A stretch of DNA of 64,000 nucleotides from Squalus acanthias (Eukaryota): assembly GCA_030390025.1 (NCBI GenBank), contig CM059449.1, forward strand, positions 15,004,001-15,068,000, read 5' to 3'. Position numbers and translations under genes: made by a program. The notes beneath the pieces are model-generated. The model saw only the letters and a program-made list of their open reading frames with translations, searched no databases and was not told the DNA's origin. How positions within the stretch are numbered: position 1 is the stretch's first letter; each line of letters opens with the position of its first letter. Of this stretch, positions 10,933-23,885 are shown in pieces.

Positions 10933-11714
10933 CTTCCTTTCATTCAATCACTTGCATTTTCCTATTTCCTAATTTCCTTTTAATCTGCCCTTTGTATTTT
11001 ATGTGACCTCTCTTGTTTATAACCTCTCTTTCGGATGACCAACCCCCATCTGTCCTGCCTTTCCTTTTGTTTGTTTCGCCCCATCTCCCTCATTTCCTTT
11101 ACAATTATCAGATTGCCCCATTGCCATGTCCTGGCTTTGAGCACCGTGCACTCTGTGTGTGAGTCCCTGAGCTTCAGTCAGCCTCAGTCTCTCTGGCCCT
11201 GTGTCCCTGTCAGTCCCTCTCCCTCACTCAGGCAGTGTTTAATCGGCCCTCACATTCTCCATTTGTGTTACACACAACAGTTCCCATCCCTTTACCCCAA
11301 TGCATGGCTTCAGGGGTGATTCAAAATGGGGAAGAGTAAGCACAACCCTTATTAAACTGTTGCCATTCTGTGACTTTACAAATACACAGCTCTGCCTTTC
11401 TCCCTCTGCTGGTCACTTTTGTGGTCACTTCGTGGTCACTTTCACCCAGTGACCACGAAGGAATAGCGATTGAGGGTAAATTTAACCAACCTCGCTGGGC
11501 GGGAATCCCAGGGTGGAATGCCAGTTTTACACCCCGCCCAATATTACACACCATTGACTTCAATGTAGAGTAAAAGCGGATGGGTTGTAAAAACCCATCT
11601 GGTTCACTGATGTCATTTTGGGAAGGAAATCTGCCGTCCTTACAGGGTCTGGCCTATATGTGACTCCAGATCCACAGCAATGTAGTTGACTCTTCACTGC
11701 CCTCTGAAATGGTG

Positions 11715-12375
11715 GCTCATCAACATCCCGGGGGTCACCATTGAACAGAAACTTAACTGGACCAGCCACATAAATACTGTGGCAACAAGAGCAGGTCGGA
11801 GGCTGGGTATTCTGCGGCGGAGTGTTTCATCTCCTGACTCACCAAAGCCTTTCCACCATCTACAAGGCATAAGTCAGGAGTGTGATGGAATACTCTCCAC
11901 TAGCCTGGATGAGTGCAGCTCCAACAACACTGAAGAAGCTCGACACCAACCAAGACAAAGCAGCCCACCCACCATCTTAAATATTCACACCCTCCAGCAC
12001 CAGCGTACTTTGGCTGCAGTGTGCACCATCTACAAGATGCACTACAGCAACTCACCAAGGCTTCTTCGGCAGCACCTCCCAAACCCGCAACCTCTACCAC
12101 CTAGAAAGACAAGGGTAGCAGGCGCATGGGAACACCACCACCTCCAATTTCCTCTCCAAGTCACACAGCATCCTGACTTGGAAGTATATCGCCGTTCCAT
12201 CATCGTCACTGGTTCAAAATCCTGGAACTCCCTCCCTAACAGCACTGTGGGAGTACCTTCACTACACGGACTGCAGCGATTCAAGATGGCGGCTCACCAC
12301 CACCTTCTCAAGGGCTATTAGGGGTGGGTAATAAATGCTGGTCTTGCCGGCGACGCCCACACCCCAGGAATGAAT
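11715..12375 (+). mobile_element. Non-LTR retrotransposon 3' fragment (second CR1-group family); more copies on - at ~12465-12765, 15775-16306, 19330-19648, 30010-30302, 41970-42480, 45535-45862, 58278-58570
   Basis: GVTIEQKLNWTSHINTVATRAGRRLGILRR ... SKSWNSLP ... FKMAAHHHLL, frameshifted. Confidence 0.8.
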
Positions 12376-13032
12376 TAAACAAGCAACATTGCTCCCGATC
12401 CCGTCGATTTCCCGATGGGTGGGTTAGGGTAAAATTGCGGAGTATTATATGTGTCTAAGACAAGGAGGGTGTGTGACTTGCAGGAGAACTTGGAGGTGAT
12501 GGTGTTCCCATGCACCTACTGCCCTTCTAGGTGATGGAGGCCATGGGTTTGGGAGGTGCTGCTGAAGAAGCCTTGCCAGTGCATTCAGGAGATCGGACGC
12601 ACTGCAGCTGCCCTACGCCTGGGTGATGGAGGGGGTGAATGTTTAGGCAAGTGGATAAGGTGTCAATCAAGCAAACTTCTTTGTCCTGGGTGGTGTGGAG
12701 CTTCCTGAGTTTTACTGCAGCTGCATCCATCAGAGCAAGTGGAGAGTACACCAACACTCCTGAGTTGTTATTCTATTTAGATATCTTCTACTTCATTTCA
12801 GCTGCTGCCTGGATTGCGGTGGAATGCTCGACTTCCGCAGGGCACAAAAACGGGCGGTGGCTTATCGGCATTGATATGAAAAAGAAAATTAGGTGGGGTT
12901 TATTACAGGCTGCCGATCCGCCACTGCCCGTTTTCCGCTCCCAAAGGAAGTTGAGCTTTGACCCTGCTGTTCTTTTTCCAGGTGCTCTCTCCTATTTGTA
13001 ACTACAGTGTTGATTTATCCCAGTATAGGCTC

Positions 13033-15007
13033 CAGAAAAAGCAGCAAACCTGAGGATTGGGAGCAGTTTAGGATTCAGCAAACGAGGACAAAGGGATTAA
13101 TTAAGAGGGAGGAAATAGAATATGAGAGTAAGCTTTCAGGGAACATAAAAACTGACTGTAAAAGCTTCTATAGATATGTGAAGAGAAAAAGATGTGTGAA
13201 GTCAAGCATAGGACCCTTGCAGTCAGAATCAGGGGAATTTATAATGGGGAACAAAGAAATGGCTGACAAATTAAATACATACTTTGGTTATGCCTTCACA
13301 AAGGAGGACACAAATAAACTCCCAGAGATGTCGGGGAACATAGGGTCTAATGAGAGGGAGGAATTGAATGAAATCAGTATTTGTAGGAATATGGTGTTAG
13401 GGAAATTAACGGGATTGAAGGCCGATAAATCCCCAGGGCCTGATAATCTACATCCTAGGGTACTTAAGGAAGTGGCCCTAGAAATAGTAGATGCATTGCT
13501 GGTCATCTTTCAAAATTCTATAGACTCTGGAACAGTTCCAATGGATTGGAGGTTAGCTAATGTAACCCCACTATTTAAAAAAGGTGGTAGAGAAAAAACG
13601 GGTAATTTTCGACCGGTAAGCCTGACATCGGTAGTGGGCAAAATGCTAGAGTCCATTATAAAAGATGTTATAGCAGAGCACTTGGAAAACAGTGACAGGA
13701 TCGGACAAAGTCAACATGGATTTACAAAAGGTAAATCATGCCTGACTAATCTACCGGAATTTTTTGAGGATGTAACTGGTAGAATAGATAAGGGAGAACC
13801 AGTGGATGTGGTGTATTTGGACTTTCAGAAGGCTTTCGATAAGGTCCCGCATAAGAGATTAGCGTGCAAAGTTAAAGCACATCGGATTGGGGGTAAGGTA
13901 CTGATTTGGATAGAGAACTGGTTGGCAGACAGGAAGCAAAGAGTTGGAATAAATGGGTCTTTTTCCGAGTGGCAGGCAGTGACTAGTGGGGTACAGCAGG
14001 GATCAGTGCTAGGACCCCAGCTATTCACAATATATATTAATGATCTAGACGAGGGAACTAGATGTAATATCTCTAAATTTGCAGACGACACAAAGCTGGG
14101 TGGGCGTGTGTGCTGTGAGGAGGATGCAGAGAAACTCCAGTGTGATTTGGACAGGTTGGGTGATTGGGCAGGTGCATTGCAGATGCAGTATAATGTAGAT
14201 AAATGCGAGGTTATCCACTTTGGTGGCAAAAACAGGAAGACAGATTATTATCTGTACGGCAATAGATTGGGAAAAGGGGAAGTGCAACGAGATCTGGGAG
14301 TCCTTGTGCACCAGTCACTGAAGCTAAGCATGCAGGTGCAGCAGGCGGTTAAGAAAGCAAATGGTATGTTGGCCTTCATAGCGAGAGGATTCGAGTACAG
14401 GAGCAAGGATGTCTTGCTGCAGTTGTACATGGCCTTGGTGAGACCACACCTTGAGTATTGTGTGCAGTTTTGGTCGCCTTATCTGAGGAAGGATGTTCTT
14501 GCCATGGAGGGAGTGCAGCGAAGATTCACCAGACTGATACCTGGGATGGCAGGAATGACGTATGATGAGAGATTGGGTCGATTAGGCTTATATTCGCTAG
14601 AGTTTAGAAGAATGAGAGTGGATCTCATTGAAACTTATAAAATTCTAACAGGACTAGACAGACTAGATGCAGGAAGGATGTTCCCGATGGCGGGGGAGTC
14701 CAGAACCAGAGGTCACAGTCTAAGGATAAGGGGTAAGCCATTTAGGACTGAGATGAGGAGGAATTTCTTCACCCATAGAGTGGTGAACCTGTGAAATTCT
14801 CTACCACAGAATGCAGGTGAGGCCAATTCATTAAATATATTCAAGAAGGAGATATATTTATTTCTTAAGCCTAAAGGGATCAAGGGATATTGGGGGAAAG
14901 CAGGGACAGGGTACTGAATTTGGATGATTAGCCATGATCTCATTAAATGGCGGAGCAGGCTCGAGGGGCCGAATGGCCTACTCCAGCTCCTATCTTCTAT
15001 GCTTCTA
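13033..15007 (+). mobile_element. 5'-truncated CR1 LINE with a long open RT frame; copy-A-specific insertion
   Basis: ORF 13007-14794 contains KSPGPD, NFRPVSLTS, YLDFQKAFDKV, QGSVLGP and FADD. Copy B has the empty site ataggctc|tggtcgtcc at ~41188. Confidence 0.95.
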
Positions 15008-15529
15008 TGGTCGTCCTACCGCAGCATTACAGTCTCTTGGGTCAGATAACTCTTAAAAGTACACGTTGTTTAAAAAAAAGGTTGGGCTGGAATAAGTAGC
15101 AAAAAGCTGATCATGTAGATCCCGTCGAAAGCGCTCTGAAAGTGAAAAGCATGCTGTTGCATTTACACAACTGGGCTCAGCACCATTCCGTGACATGTGG
15201 CCAACACATGATCATATTTCAGACAATTGCCAGGCACTATTCATTTAAATCAAACCCGAGTACTATCGCCGGTTTTCATTTACAAACTCTGCGCCCTTTA
15301 ACTTCAGTCTAACATGTTTGTCATTTTTTAAACAGGTGCAAGATGAGTTTCAATCCCCCGGGTGCGTAAACACCCACTGAAATTAGTGAAGGATGAAACT
15401 GAACTGTGAGGCGTTATTCCTTTGTTTCAATGTACCGCTTGTGTAATGTTAAAGTAGTGCTTCTTTCTTAAATATTCTTAAAATATGACTTTTCCGACTA
15501 CAATTGGAAAACGTGCTGAGTGAACAGAA

Positions 15530-15580
15530 TTCCTCTGTGTGGTGTTAAACCACCAGAGGGGTTCGTCATATAAGTCAGCG
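15530..15580 (+). promoter_or_regulatory. Candidate P1 proximal promoter (RUNX-like TGTGGT, TATA-like TATAAG)
   Basis: Motifs lie ~100-135 nt upstream of the ATG; TATAAG is also present in copy B. Motif match only. Confidence 0.35.
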
Positions 15581-15671
15581 TCTGTTGTGGGATGTTTGTT
15601 ACACTTAATAACACTTTGGGACGCTGCAGGTCAGATGTTAGCTCGTAGTGTCCTGCGGAGCAAGAATCAAA

Positions 15672-18600
15672 ATGCAAACTATTCACATGTGGCTGTTCTT
15701 GAATTTACTGACAATACTTTTGTATATCGGTGAGCCGCTGTCTTCTGATGTTCACATTTTAATTTTTTTAAATTTGCTTCTGGGATCTGGGCGTCACTGG
15801 CAAGGCCAGCATTTATTGCTCAGCCCTAGTTGCCCTTGAGAAGGTAGTTGTGAGCCGCCTTCTTGAACCGCTGCAGTCCGTGTAGTGAAGGTACTCCCAC
15901 AGTGGGCTGTTGGGTAGGGGGTTCCAGGATTTTGACCCAGCGACGATGAAGCATCGGCGATATACTTCCAAGCCAGGATGGTGTGTGACTTGGAGGGGAA
16001 CTTGGAGGTGGTGGTGTTCCCATGTGCCTGCAGCCCTTTTCCTTCTTGGTGGAAGATGTCGTGGGTTTGGGAGGTGCTGCCGAAGAAGCCTTGGAGAGTT
16101 GCTGCAGTGCATCTTGTAGATAGTACACACTGCAGCCATGGTACGCTGGTGGTGGAGGGAATGAATGTTTAAGGTGGTGGATGGGGTGCCAATCAAGCGG
16201 GCTGCTTTGTCCTGGATGGTGTCGAGCTATTTGAGTGTTGTTGAAGCTCCACTCATCCAGGCAAGTGGAAAGTATTCCATCACACTCCTTACTTGTGCCT
16301 TGTAGATGTTGGAAATTCTATATTTATTAAGGCATACGATTATTTGGTTGGGCAGGTTGTTTCCTTATGCAGAACTAATATATAACGAAGTTACAGTGTG
16401 TAAAAAAATGTTTTATTTTATTATGCTGTGTTACTTTGCGTTGAATCCACCATTTCAACGGTATAAGCATTTTATCTTTCGGGGAGCTTTATATATATAT
16501 TATACACATTAACGTTCTCCTCCATGCAGATGCTGTGAATTTGCATTATAAAATTAACATAATTAATAGGGCCTACTAAAATCTACTTGTGGAAATAAAT
16601 GAATTCACGGGCTCCTAACCGACTGTGTTACACATGGAATTATCTGACATATTATACCTTCTACTCGACAATTCAACGTCTTTGCGTTCGACACAATTTA
16701 TTCCATTAGCAAAAAGTTGATATTCAACACGTTTCCAAAAGTTCCCATACTTACACTTGACATAATAGAAAGGACAGATTTCCTTCTTAAATGATTAAAG
16801 ATGACAGAAGTGAAATCTGTCCCAAGTAGGATGGTGAAATAGAAATGAGTTGGGAAGTGGTGATTATATAATGTTAATACAGTTTTACAAAGAAAACAAA
16901 CTGCGTGAAAACACAACAGATCCGCCTTTATAAAGTGACAATTGCCTATAATTTTTGCACTATAAAGGTTCTGAATATATACAGCTGTTCAATCTGATTA
17001 TGGACTGCAATTTCCCAAAGTTGCGTTGAGAAACTGGAAAAGGACCCAATGTAATGACAGCTGAATACCGGTTTGTAGCTCAATGATTGATGGATCAATC
17101 AGCATTTTAAATTCTTCATAATAGCTTGTAAATTGTGGGACACATGAGATCATTATGTTAAAAAAAAACCGTAGCTGTTTGACAGATCAATGCTTCTTTC
17201 TCCAGAAACACACATGTTGTATCTTGAATCTATTTGTACTGCCCACTCCCACGGCCGTCTCCAGTAACTTGTTCCACAAATCTCTTACTCTATAGGCGAA
17301 CAGTTTCTGCCTGACTTCCCTTCTTGCAGCTAACCAGTTACCGTCTGAAGTGTGACCCTTGGAAATTAGATCCTTCCCCACAGTGACCGATCTATCTGGG
17401 CTCAATTCATAATAATTGTACAACGTTAATTGACAGGTTGCGGTATTTCATGGACGGATACATTGATCCTAATTTATTCTAACAATAAAGGACACCCAGT
17501 AACATCAATTAGTGATAGTGGAAGATACTTTAATTTGAGCTTCGCCCCTCGTGGCAGATGAAATTTAACGCAGGAAAGTGCGAGGTGTTACATTGAGGGA
17601 GGAAGGACGAGGAGAGGCAAAATAAACTAAAAGGTCCGATCCTAAAGTGGGTGCCTGAACAGAGAGACTTGGGGGTATATGTGCACAAATAGTTGAAGGT
17701 TGAGAAACTGGTTAACAAAGCATATGGGATCCTGGGGTTTATAAATAGAGGCATAGAATACAAAATCAAGTTAGTTATGATAAACTTTTATAAAACACTG
17801 GTTCGGCCTCAAATGGAGTATTGTGTCAAATTCTGGGCACCGCATTTTAGGAAGGATGTGAAGGCCTTAGAGAGGGTGCAGAAAAGATTTACAAGAATTG
17901 TTCCAGGGATGAGGAACTTCAGTTATGTGAATAGACTGGAGAATCCGGGGTTATTATCCTTAGAGCAGAGAAGATTGACAGGAGTTTTGATAGAGGTGTT
18001 CAAAATCATGAGGGGTCTGGACAGAGTCATTGGCGGAAGGTTCCAGAACAGAGGACACAGATTTAAGGTGACTGGCAAAAGAACCAAAGGCGACGCAGTG
18101 AGTGGTTAGGACCTGGAATGCACTGCCTGAAAGAATGGCGGAGGCAGACTCAATCGTAGTTTTCAAAAGGGAATTGGATAAGTACCTTAAGGAAAAAAAA
18201 ATGCAGGGTTAAGCGGAAAGGGCGGGGGAGTGGGACGAGCGGAAGTGCACTTGCAGAGAGCCGGCACTGTCTCGACGGGCCGGGATGGCCTCCTTCTGTG
18301 CTCTAACGATTCTATGATTCTATGCTGGTCTGTAATTCTGTAGGTCACTATTGACAGATTGCATTGTTCCATTTATACTCTAGACAATGGGTTGATGAGT
18401 GAGCTCAGAGTGTTCCAGTCCCCAGATGCCATTAATGTAACAGAAGGAGGATCGGTGCAGCTGAACTGCACTTTTGACGCGAATGGTCCTGTTGGACATA
18501 TTGTTTGGATGCGGGCCTCACAAAACATGGAAGTGTCGGTTCGGAATCCTTTCTATCAGAGCTGGATAACGAAGTCAGGGACGAAATTATTTACCGAAAG

Positions 18601-21600
18601 AATGGTTTTCCTTGAAATCATCAATTTACTGACAATGGACTCAGATTTTTACTCCTGCGAGGTGGATATTGTGGAGTTTGGGAAAGCAGGCGGGACAGGA
18701 ACAAAACTTATAATAACTGACAGTGAGTAGAAAAGATGAGAGTTCGTTTGAAGAATTTACCAATAATTTGGCATTGGTATGGCTGTACATGTGCTATGCA
18801 AAGAGATTTCAGTTCGGTTGCTGAATTGTGTCCGTGCGTCAAGATCACTTTCAAAGTACATCGGGAACAATTGGTCGACAATTAATATCCTGAAAGTGCC
18901 ATATACCTGACTTGAATCTGACTATTCAAGGCGCGGTGCTTTAGGAATAGGAATACACGAGCTTCAGGCTACTCCCCCACCCCACCACCCCACAACCACC
19001 TGAAGGTGAGTGTTATCTCAAAATAATACTTGGCATTATCGCTTGATTTTCTTGCTTGGCACCTTACATATCTCTGTTAGGGCAGCTATGTTCCTCCTTT
19101 TTTACAAAGCTAATGAGTTCGACCTTTTCTGTTTTTTTGTTTTTCTCATAACCTAGCACTAGAACACGAGGGAACAGGCTAGCGTTCACTCCACCTCCGG
19201 GACTTACATGTCTCCCATGAGCCTGAGTGACCAGAAATAAACACAATACTCAAGATGCCATCTGATCAGAGTACTGTACGGTTGGATCCCCACACCATAT
19301 AAAAGGAAACATGCCTTCTATATGTTTTATTCCTTTCTGGGATGTGGACGTCGCCCAGCATTTATTGCCCATCCCTAATTGCCCTTGAGAAGGTGGTGGT
19401 GAGCCGCCTTCTTGAACCGCTGCAGTCCGTGCGCTGAAGGTACTCCCACAATGCTGTCAGGGAACGAGTTCCAGGATTTTGATCTAGCGGCGATGAAAGA
19501 ACGGCCGATATATTTCCAAGTCAGGATGGTGTGTGACTTGGAGGGCGACTTGGAGGTGGTGGTGTTCCCATGCGCCTGCTGCCATTTTCCTTCTAGGTGG
19601 TAGAGGTCGCGGGTTTGGGAGGTGCTGCCGAAGAAGCCTTGGCAAGTTTAATGAAATAGGCTTTAGTTAGAATTTACTGTTTTCGATATAAGCCTTTATT
19701 TTAAACAGGTTAGCGTCTTGGTTAAAATGAAGGGCATGTGGAACGCTAGTATTGCAACAAATAATTATAGTTTTTTTCACTTTCCACGGGGATGCAGTAC
19801 CTTAGATTACATATACAAATAGGAAACGGCTTTTCTTTAACGGATAGAAAGCCACTGGAATGATATTTGAGTTTTCATAACCTATAACCTATATCCAAAT
19901 TTAATTATTAAATTGCGAACTAGTGACCTTCGTTATGTCTATTTCCGATTTACATTGATGGGGGGTGAAATCGGACATGGGTGGATCGCGGATCACATTG
20001 GATCGCCTGTTATACACTCCGCCCAGTATTAGGTCCAATTGCCTTAATATAAAACTGAATATTGGGCGCACCAAACCGAAATACTGCGGATGCTGGAAAT
20101 CTGAAATAAGAAACAGAAAATGCTGGAAATACTCAGCAGGTCGGGCAGTATCTGTGGAGAGAGAAACAGAGTTAACTTTTCAGGTTTCTGACAGAAGGGC
20201 ATCGACCCGAAACGTAAACTCTGTTTCTCTCTCTCCCTGCAGATGCTGCCTGACCTGCTGAGTGTTTCCAGCATTTTCTGCTTTTTATATTGAATATTGG
20301 GCGTGTTGTACAGCAGTCGGCCAATATGATTCTGTCTGCCTTGCGTGCCTGTCCATGTCAAATTTCACCCCTATAACAACACAAAAGCAAAATAATGCGG
20401 AAGCTGGAAATCTGAATTAAAAACAGAAAATGCTGGAAATACTCAGCAGGTCAGGCAGCATCTGTGGAGAGAGAAACAGAGTTAACGTTTTTGGTCGATG
20501 ACCCTTCGTCAGAACTGGAAAAAGTTGGAGATGGAACAGGTTTTTAAGCAAGTGCAGGGGCAGGGAAAGGGGGGAAGGGAGGAAAGAACAAAGGGGAAGG
20601 TCTGTGACAGGATGGAAGGCAGGAGAGATTAAGAGACAAAAGGGATGATGGTGCAAGGCAAAGGGAGATGGTAATGGGACAAGTTAAGAAACAAAAGATG
20701 ACTCTAGATGAAGTGTAAATGGCAATGGCAGAATGATCGACCACCTCACCATTTTCTTGCATTATCTTTCACTTTAACCAAGCACCACCATACTGACTAT
20801 ATTATTGGCCCAAAAATTCGTGAGGAAGCCTTCGTGCGAGGGTAAGGCCTCCCCGCGATCTCTCACTCCGCGTTGGCTTTTTCAGTTCCAGCTCGCACGA
20901 ACTTGATGTTCTGGACAGCAGCTGTGCTGGGCTTGCGTATCCCACCGGCGTAGTTAATTCGTGCGAGCTGTGGGATCACGTGACTCAGTTAGAGCCAATG
21001 GCAGCACAATATCTTCCATTCATAACTTTCACATAAGTGCTGTGAAAGTTATGAATACTATAGCTCCCCAAAAGAACCGCTAAACCTCAATTAAATTAAA
21101 AAAAGAACCATCACATTAATAAAATAAGTATAGTTAAATAAATTAACCATTTTAAATAAAAAATTAAATTTTTGAAAATTTTAAAATCTTTTAAAAAGTT
21201 ATAAAAATAAACTTACCTGTCTTTAAAGTCTCTAAAAAATTTCAAAATAATACTTAATTCACTACTTACCTTGTTAAAAGTGGGTCTTACTCCTTTTTTT
21301 CTGTGTAGAATCTTCCGTACTTACCTGCGCGTTGAAACCACTAAGTGCACAGCGTGCGCGCAGCCTGTAGCGCGCACGCGGTTCACCTAGGACCCGCCCC
21401 CTTTTCCATTCACCAAGTGCCGGTTTTCAGCGCATGCGCAGTGCATGCAGAAAACCGGCAATTGGAGACAGAATACGCGAGAGTACGCAGTGCGTACTCT
21501 CGCGTAGCGGGACTAATTTTTGGGCCATTGTTTCTGTTTCTAACAGGAGCTAGATTCGAGCCGATCTGCCATTTCCCCACGCTCAGCGTTGGATTACAAA

Positions 21601-21668
21601 TTACAAAAACGGTGCTGCTGATCATTCTCATAATCACAGGGCTGACGACGTACCTCTGTCCAACGTAG
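15672..21668 (+). CDS. Gene P1: NKp30/NCR3-like V(J) receptor with stalk Cys, TM Lys and no signalling tail (activating type). Exons 15672-15729, 18384-18722, 21547-21668
   Basis: Leader MQTIHMWLFLNLLTILLYI G|gtgagc. V exon tctag|ACAAT...GGTGTKLIITD A|gtgagt. Last exon taacag|: RARFEPICHFPTLSVGLQITKTVLLIILIITGLTTYLCPT*. All junctions phase 1 and open. Confidence 0.85.
17545..18325 (+). mobile_element. CR1 3' fragment just upstream of the P1 V exon (shared with 43710-44530)
   Basis: ORF 17693-18109 with CR1 motifs and tail. Confidence 0.88.
18384..18722 (+). CDS. Gene P1 Ig V(J) exon
   Basis: Within ORF 18359-18730: ELRVFQSP...VQLNC...IVW...DSDFYSCEV...GTGTKLII. Confidence 0.92.
20069..20291. 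mobile_element. Fold-back Penelope-derived insertion with 13-bp flanking direct repeats (tgaatattgggcg), shared with copy B (~46284-46510)
   Basis: Inverted arms aaaatgctggaaatactcagcagg.../...cctgctgagtgtttccagcatttt. Confidence 0.7.
20807..21526. mobile_element. MITE, PIF/Harbinger-like (12-bp TIR GGCCCAAAAATT, 3-bp TSD ATT), copy A only
   Basis: att|ggcccaaaaatt...aatttttgggcc|att; copy B has the empty site at ~46988. Confidence 0.8.
21547..21668 (+). CDS. Gene P1 stalk/TM/terminal exon
   Basis: Strong acceptor tttctgtttctaacag. Cys in the stalk, Lys in the hydrophobic segment, stop TAG ending at 21668. Confidence 0.82.
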
Positions 21669-23249
21669 GGAAAAATAGACTTTGATTTATAACAAGATAC
21701 ATCTGCAAACGTTGTTGGAAAAGATGTCCAAAGTCGATGTAAATTTTATCAGGAAGTTCTTTAAGATGCCCGTGTTCGATATCTTTTTGTTACAGCATTG
21801 CATGGATGTGGATTAAAGCATGGGCGAGGATAGATATAGTTCTTATTCCAGAATATTTCAATTAAAGTTACTGCACCGTCAACTTAATAACTAGCAGCTG
21901 CCATTCTGTTTGAGAGACGTGTTTATTTTTAAAAAAATGACAAATCCATAGATTTTTCTAACTGTCATGGTCGGGATAAAATGTCTAGTTTGTGCAAGAT
22001 CTTTCTCGATACTTGCTTGCAATGCCTTTAACTGAATGCTGCACACGATCTATTCAAAATGGATGGATGCTTACGATGTGCTTTTTTATTGGCCCCTTTA
22101 TGCGAGACTTTCTAATATAATGTGACGTATCTGCACCCTGTATGAAAGGGCTCTTGGAATTTTTTCCCCGATTAAAGCGAACGCTTTCTTTCTCGTGTTT
22201 AATCGAAATTGGTCTTTACTTGCTGGGATCAGTAGAAGTCCCATCCTCAGCTTGTCAGCAACAACTTTTATGCACCCCAGTGCGTCCTGTAGGGGATTAT
22301 AGGACTAGGCGTCATAGTTTAAAAATTAGAGTCAGACCTTTCGGGAGTGAAATTAGAAAACACTTCTATACACAAAGGGTGGTAAAAGCTTGGAACTCTC
22401 TTCCACAAACGGCAATTGATGACAGATCAATTGTTAATTTTAAATCCGAGATTGATAGATTTCTGTTAACTAAAGGTACTAAGGGATATTGGATCAAATG
22501 TTGGGAAAAGCGAGAGTGGCCGGAGAGAGAGAGAAAAGAGAGAGAGCGGGAAAAAGTGAGGCCGTGATTGGAGAATCAGCGAGTACCAGGGGAGGTTGTG
22601 TGTGAAACACAACAGCACGTGACAAGAAGGGGAGGAGCCTGGAAAAGGCCGCAGTGCCCCGGGAAAGACCGGCTTTAGAAAATTAGAGTGTTGCAAATTC
22701 ATCAGCCGAGGTTTGGGGAAGGAGTTGGGGTGGGGGGCACTCGGGAAAATCCCCCATTAGCCAGTCGACCTCTGAGGGGATGCTTGCGGGCCGGATGAAA
22801 CTGGTGGACAGGAGAATGTGGGACTATAAATATACAGGAATACCACCAACAGCAATTTCCAGGCCGAAAGTGACCGTAATGTACCTGATGGCACTGCTTC
22901 TGATCTGTGATGTGCAGCTACATCTGGAGTCAGGTTGAGCAGCTAATAGTATCCCATTCATTAAGTTATTCACATATACAGATAGGCACAACCACGATGG
23001 GCCGAACGCCCTCCCTCTGTGCTATATCATTGAATAAGCAGAACTAATGGAATGATGGACGTGTTGATGTCCAGGTGTCCAACTCAGTTCCTGGCAGGCG
23101 TTGTGCAGGACAGGGGCAATGAGAGCATGTGCAGCCTTTGGAATAAAAAGTTGAAATCCGCTCTCATTTCCTTGGCCCAGGGCTGAAACCAGTCACAGAT
23201 GAAAAACGGCTCTTTCTACTGGCTTTGAGGGTCCCCTGAAAAATGCTGA

Positions 23250-23885
23250 ACATAATAAGAAATAGGAGCCGGAGTAGGACATTTGGTCCTTCGAACCAGA
23301 TCTGCCATTCAATAAGATTATGGCTGATCTTCCACCTCATCTCCACTTTCCTGCACTATCCGCATATCCCTTGATTCCCTTAATATTCAAAAATCTATCG
23401 AACTCTGTCTTGAATATACTCAACGATTGAGCCTCCACGGCCCTCTGGGGTAGAGAATTCCAAAGATTCACCACCCTCTGAGTGAAGAAATTTCTCCTCA
23501 TCTCAGTCCTAAATGGCCGACCCCTTATTCTGAGACTCTTACCCCTGGTTTTAGACTCCCCCGCCAGGGGAAACATCCTCCCTGCATCTAACTGGTCAAT
23601 TCCTGTAAGAATTTTGTATGTTTCAATGAGATCACCTCTCATTCTTCTCAACTCGAGAGAATATCGGTTCAGCCTACTAAATCTGTCCTCATAGGACAAT
23701 CCCCCCATCCCCGGAACCAGTCTGGTGAACCTTCGTTGCACTCCCTCTATGGCAAGTATATCCTTCCTTAGGGAAGGAGACCAAAACTGTACACAATACT
23801 CCAGGTGTGGTTTCACCACGGCCCTATATAATTGCAGTCAGACATCTTTACCCTTATACTCAAATCCTCATGTAATAAAGGCCTA
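23250..23885 (-). mobile_element. CR1 3' fragment (almost entirely absent from copy B)
   Basis: ORF 23337-23819. Confidence 0.9.

Noticed and set aside
13007-14794. 595-aa ORF as a host gene
   Set aside because: It is CR1 ORF2; its start comes from flanking DNA and the paralogous site is empty.
22851-23075. C2-like frame ISRPKVTV...LLLICDV...WTC (also ~49381-49600)
   Set aside because: Multiple stops, no c-strand Trp, and part of it is a CR1 3' tail remnant.
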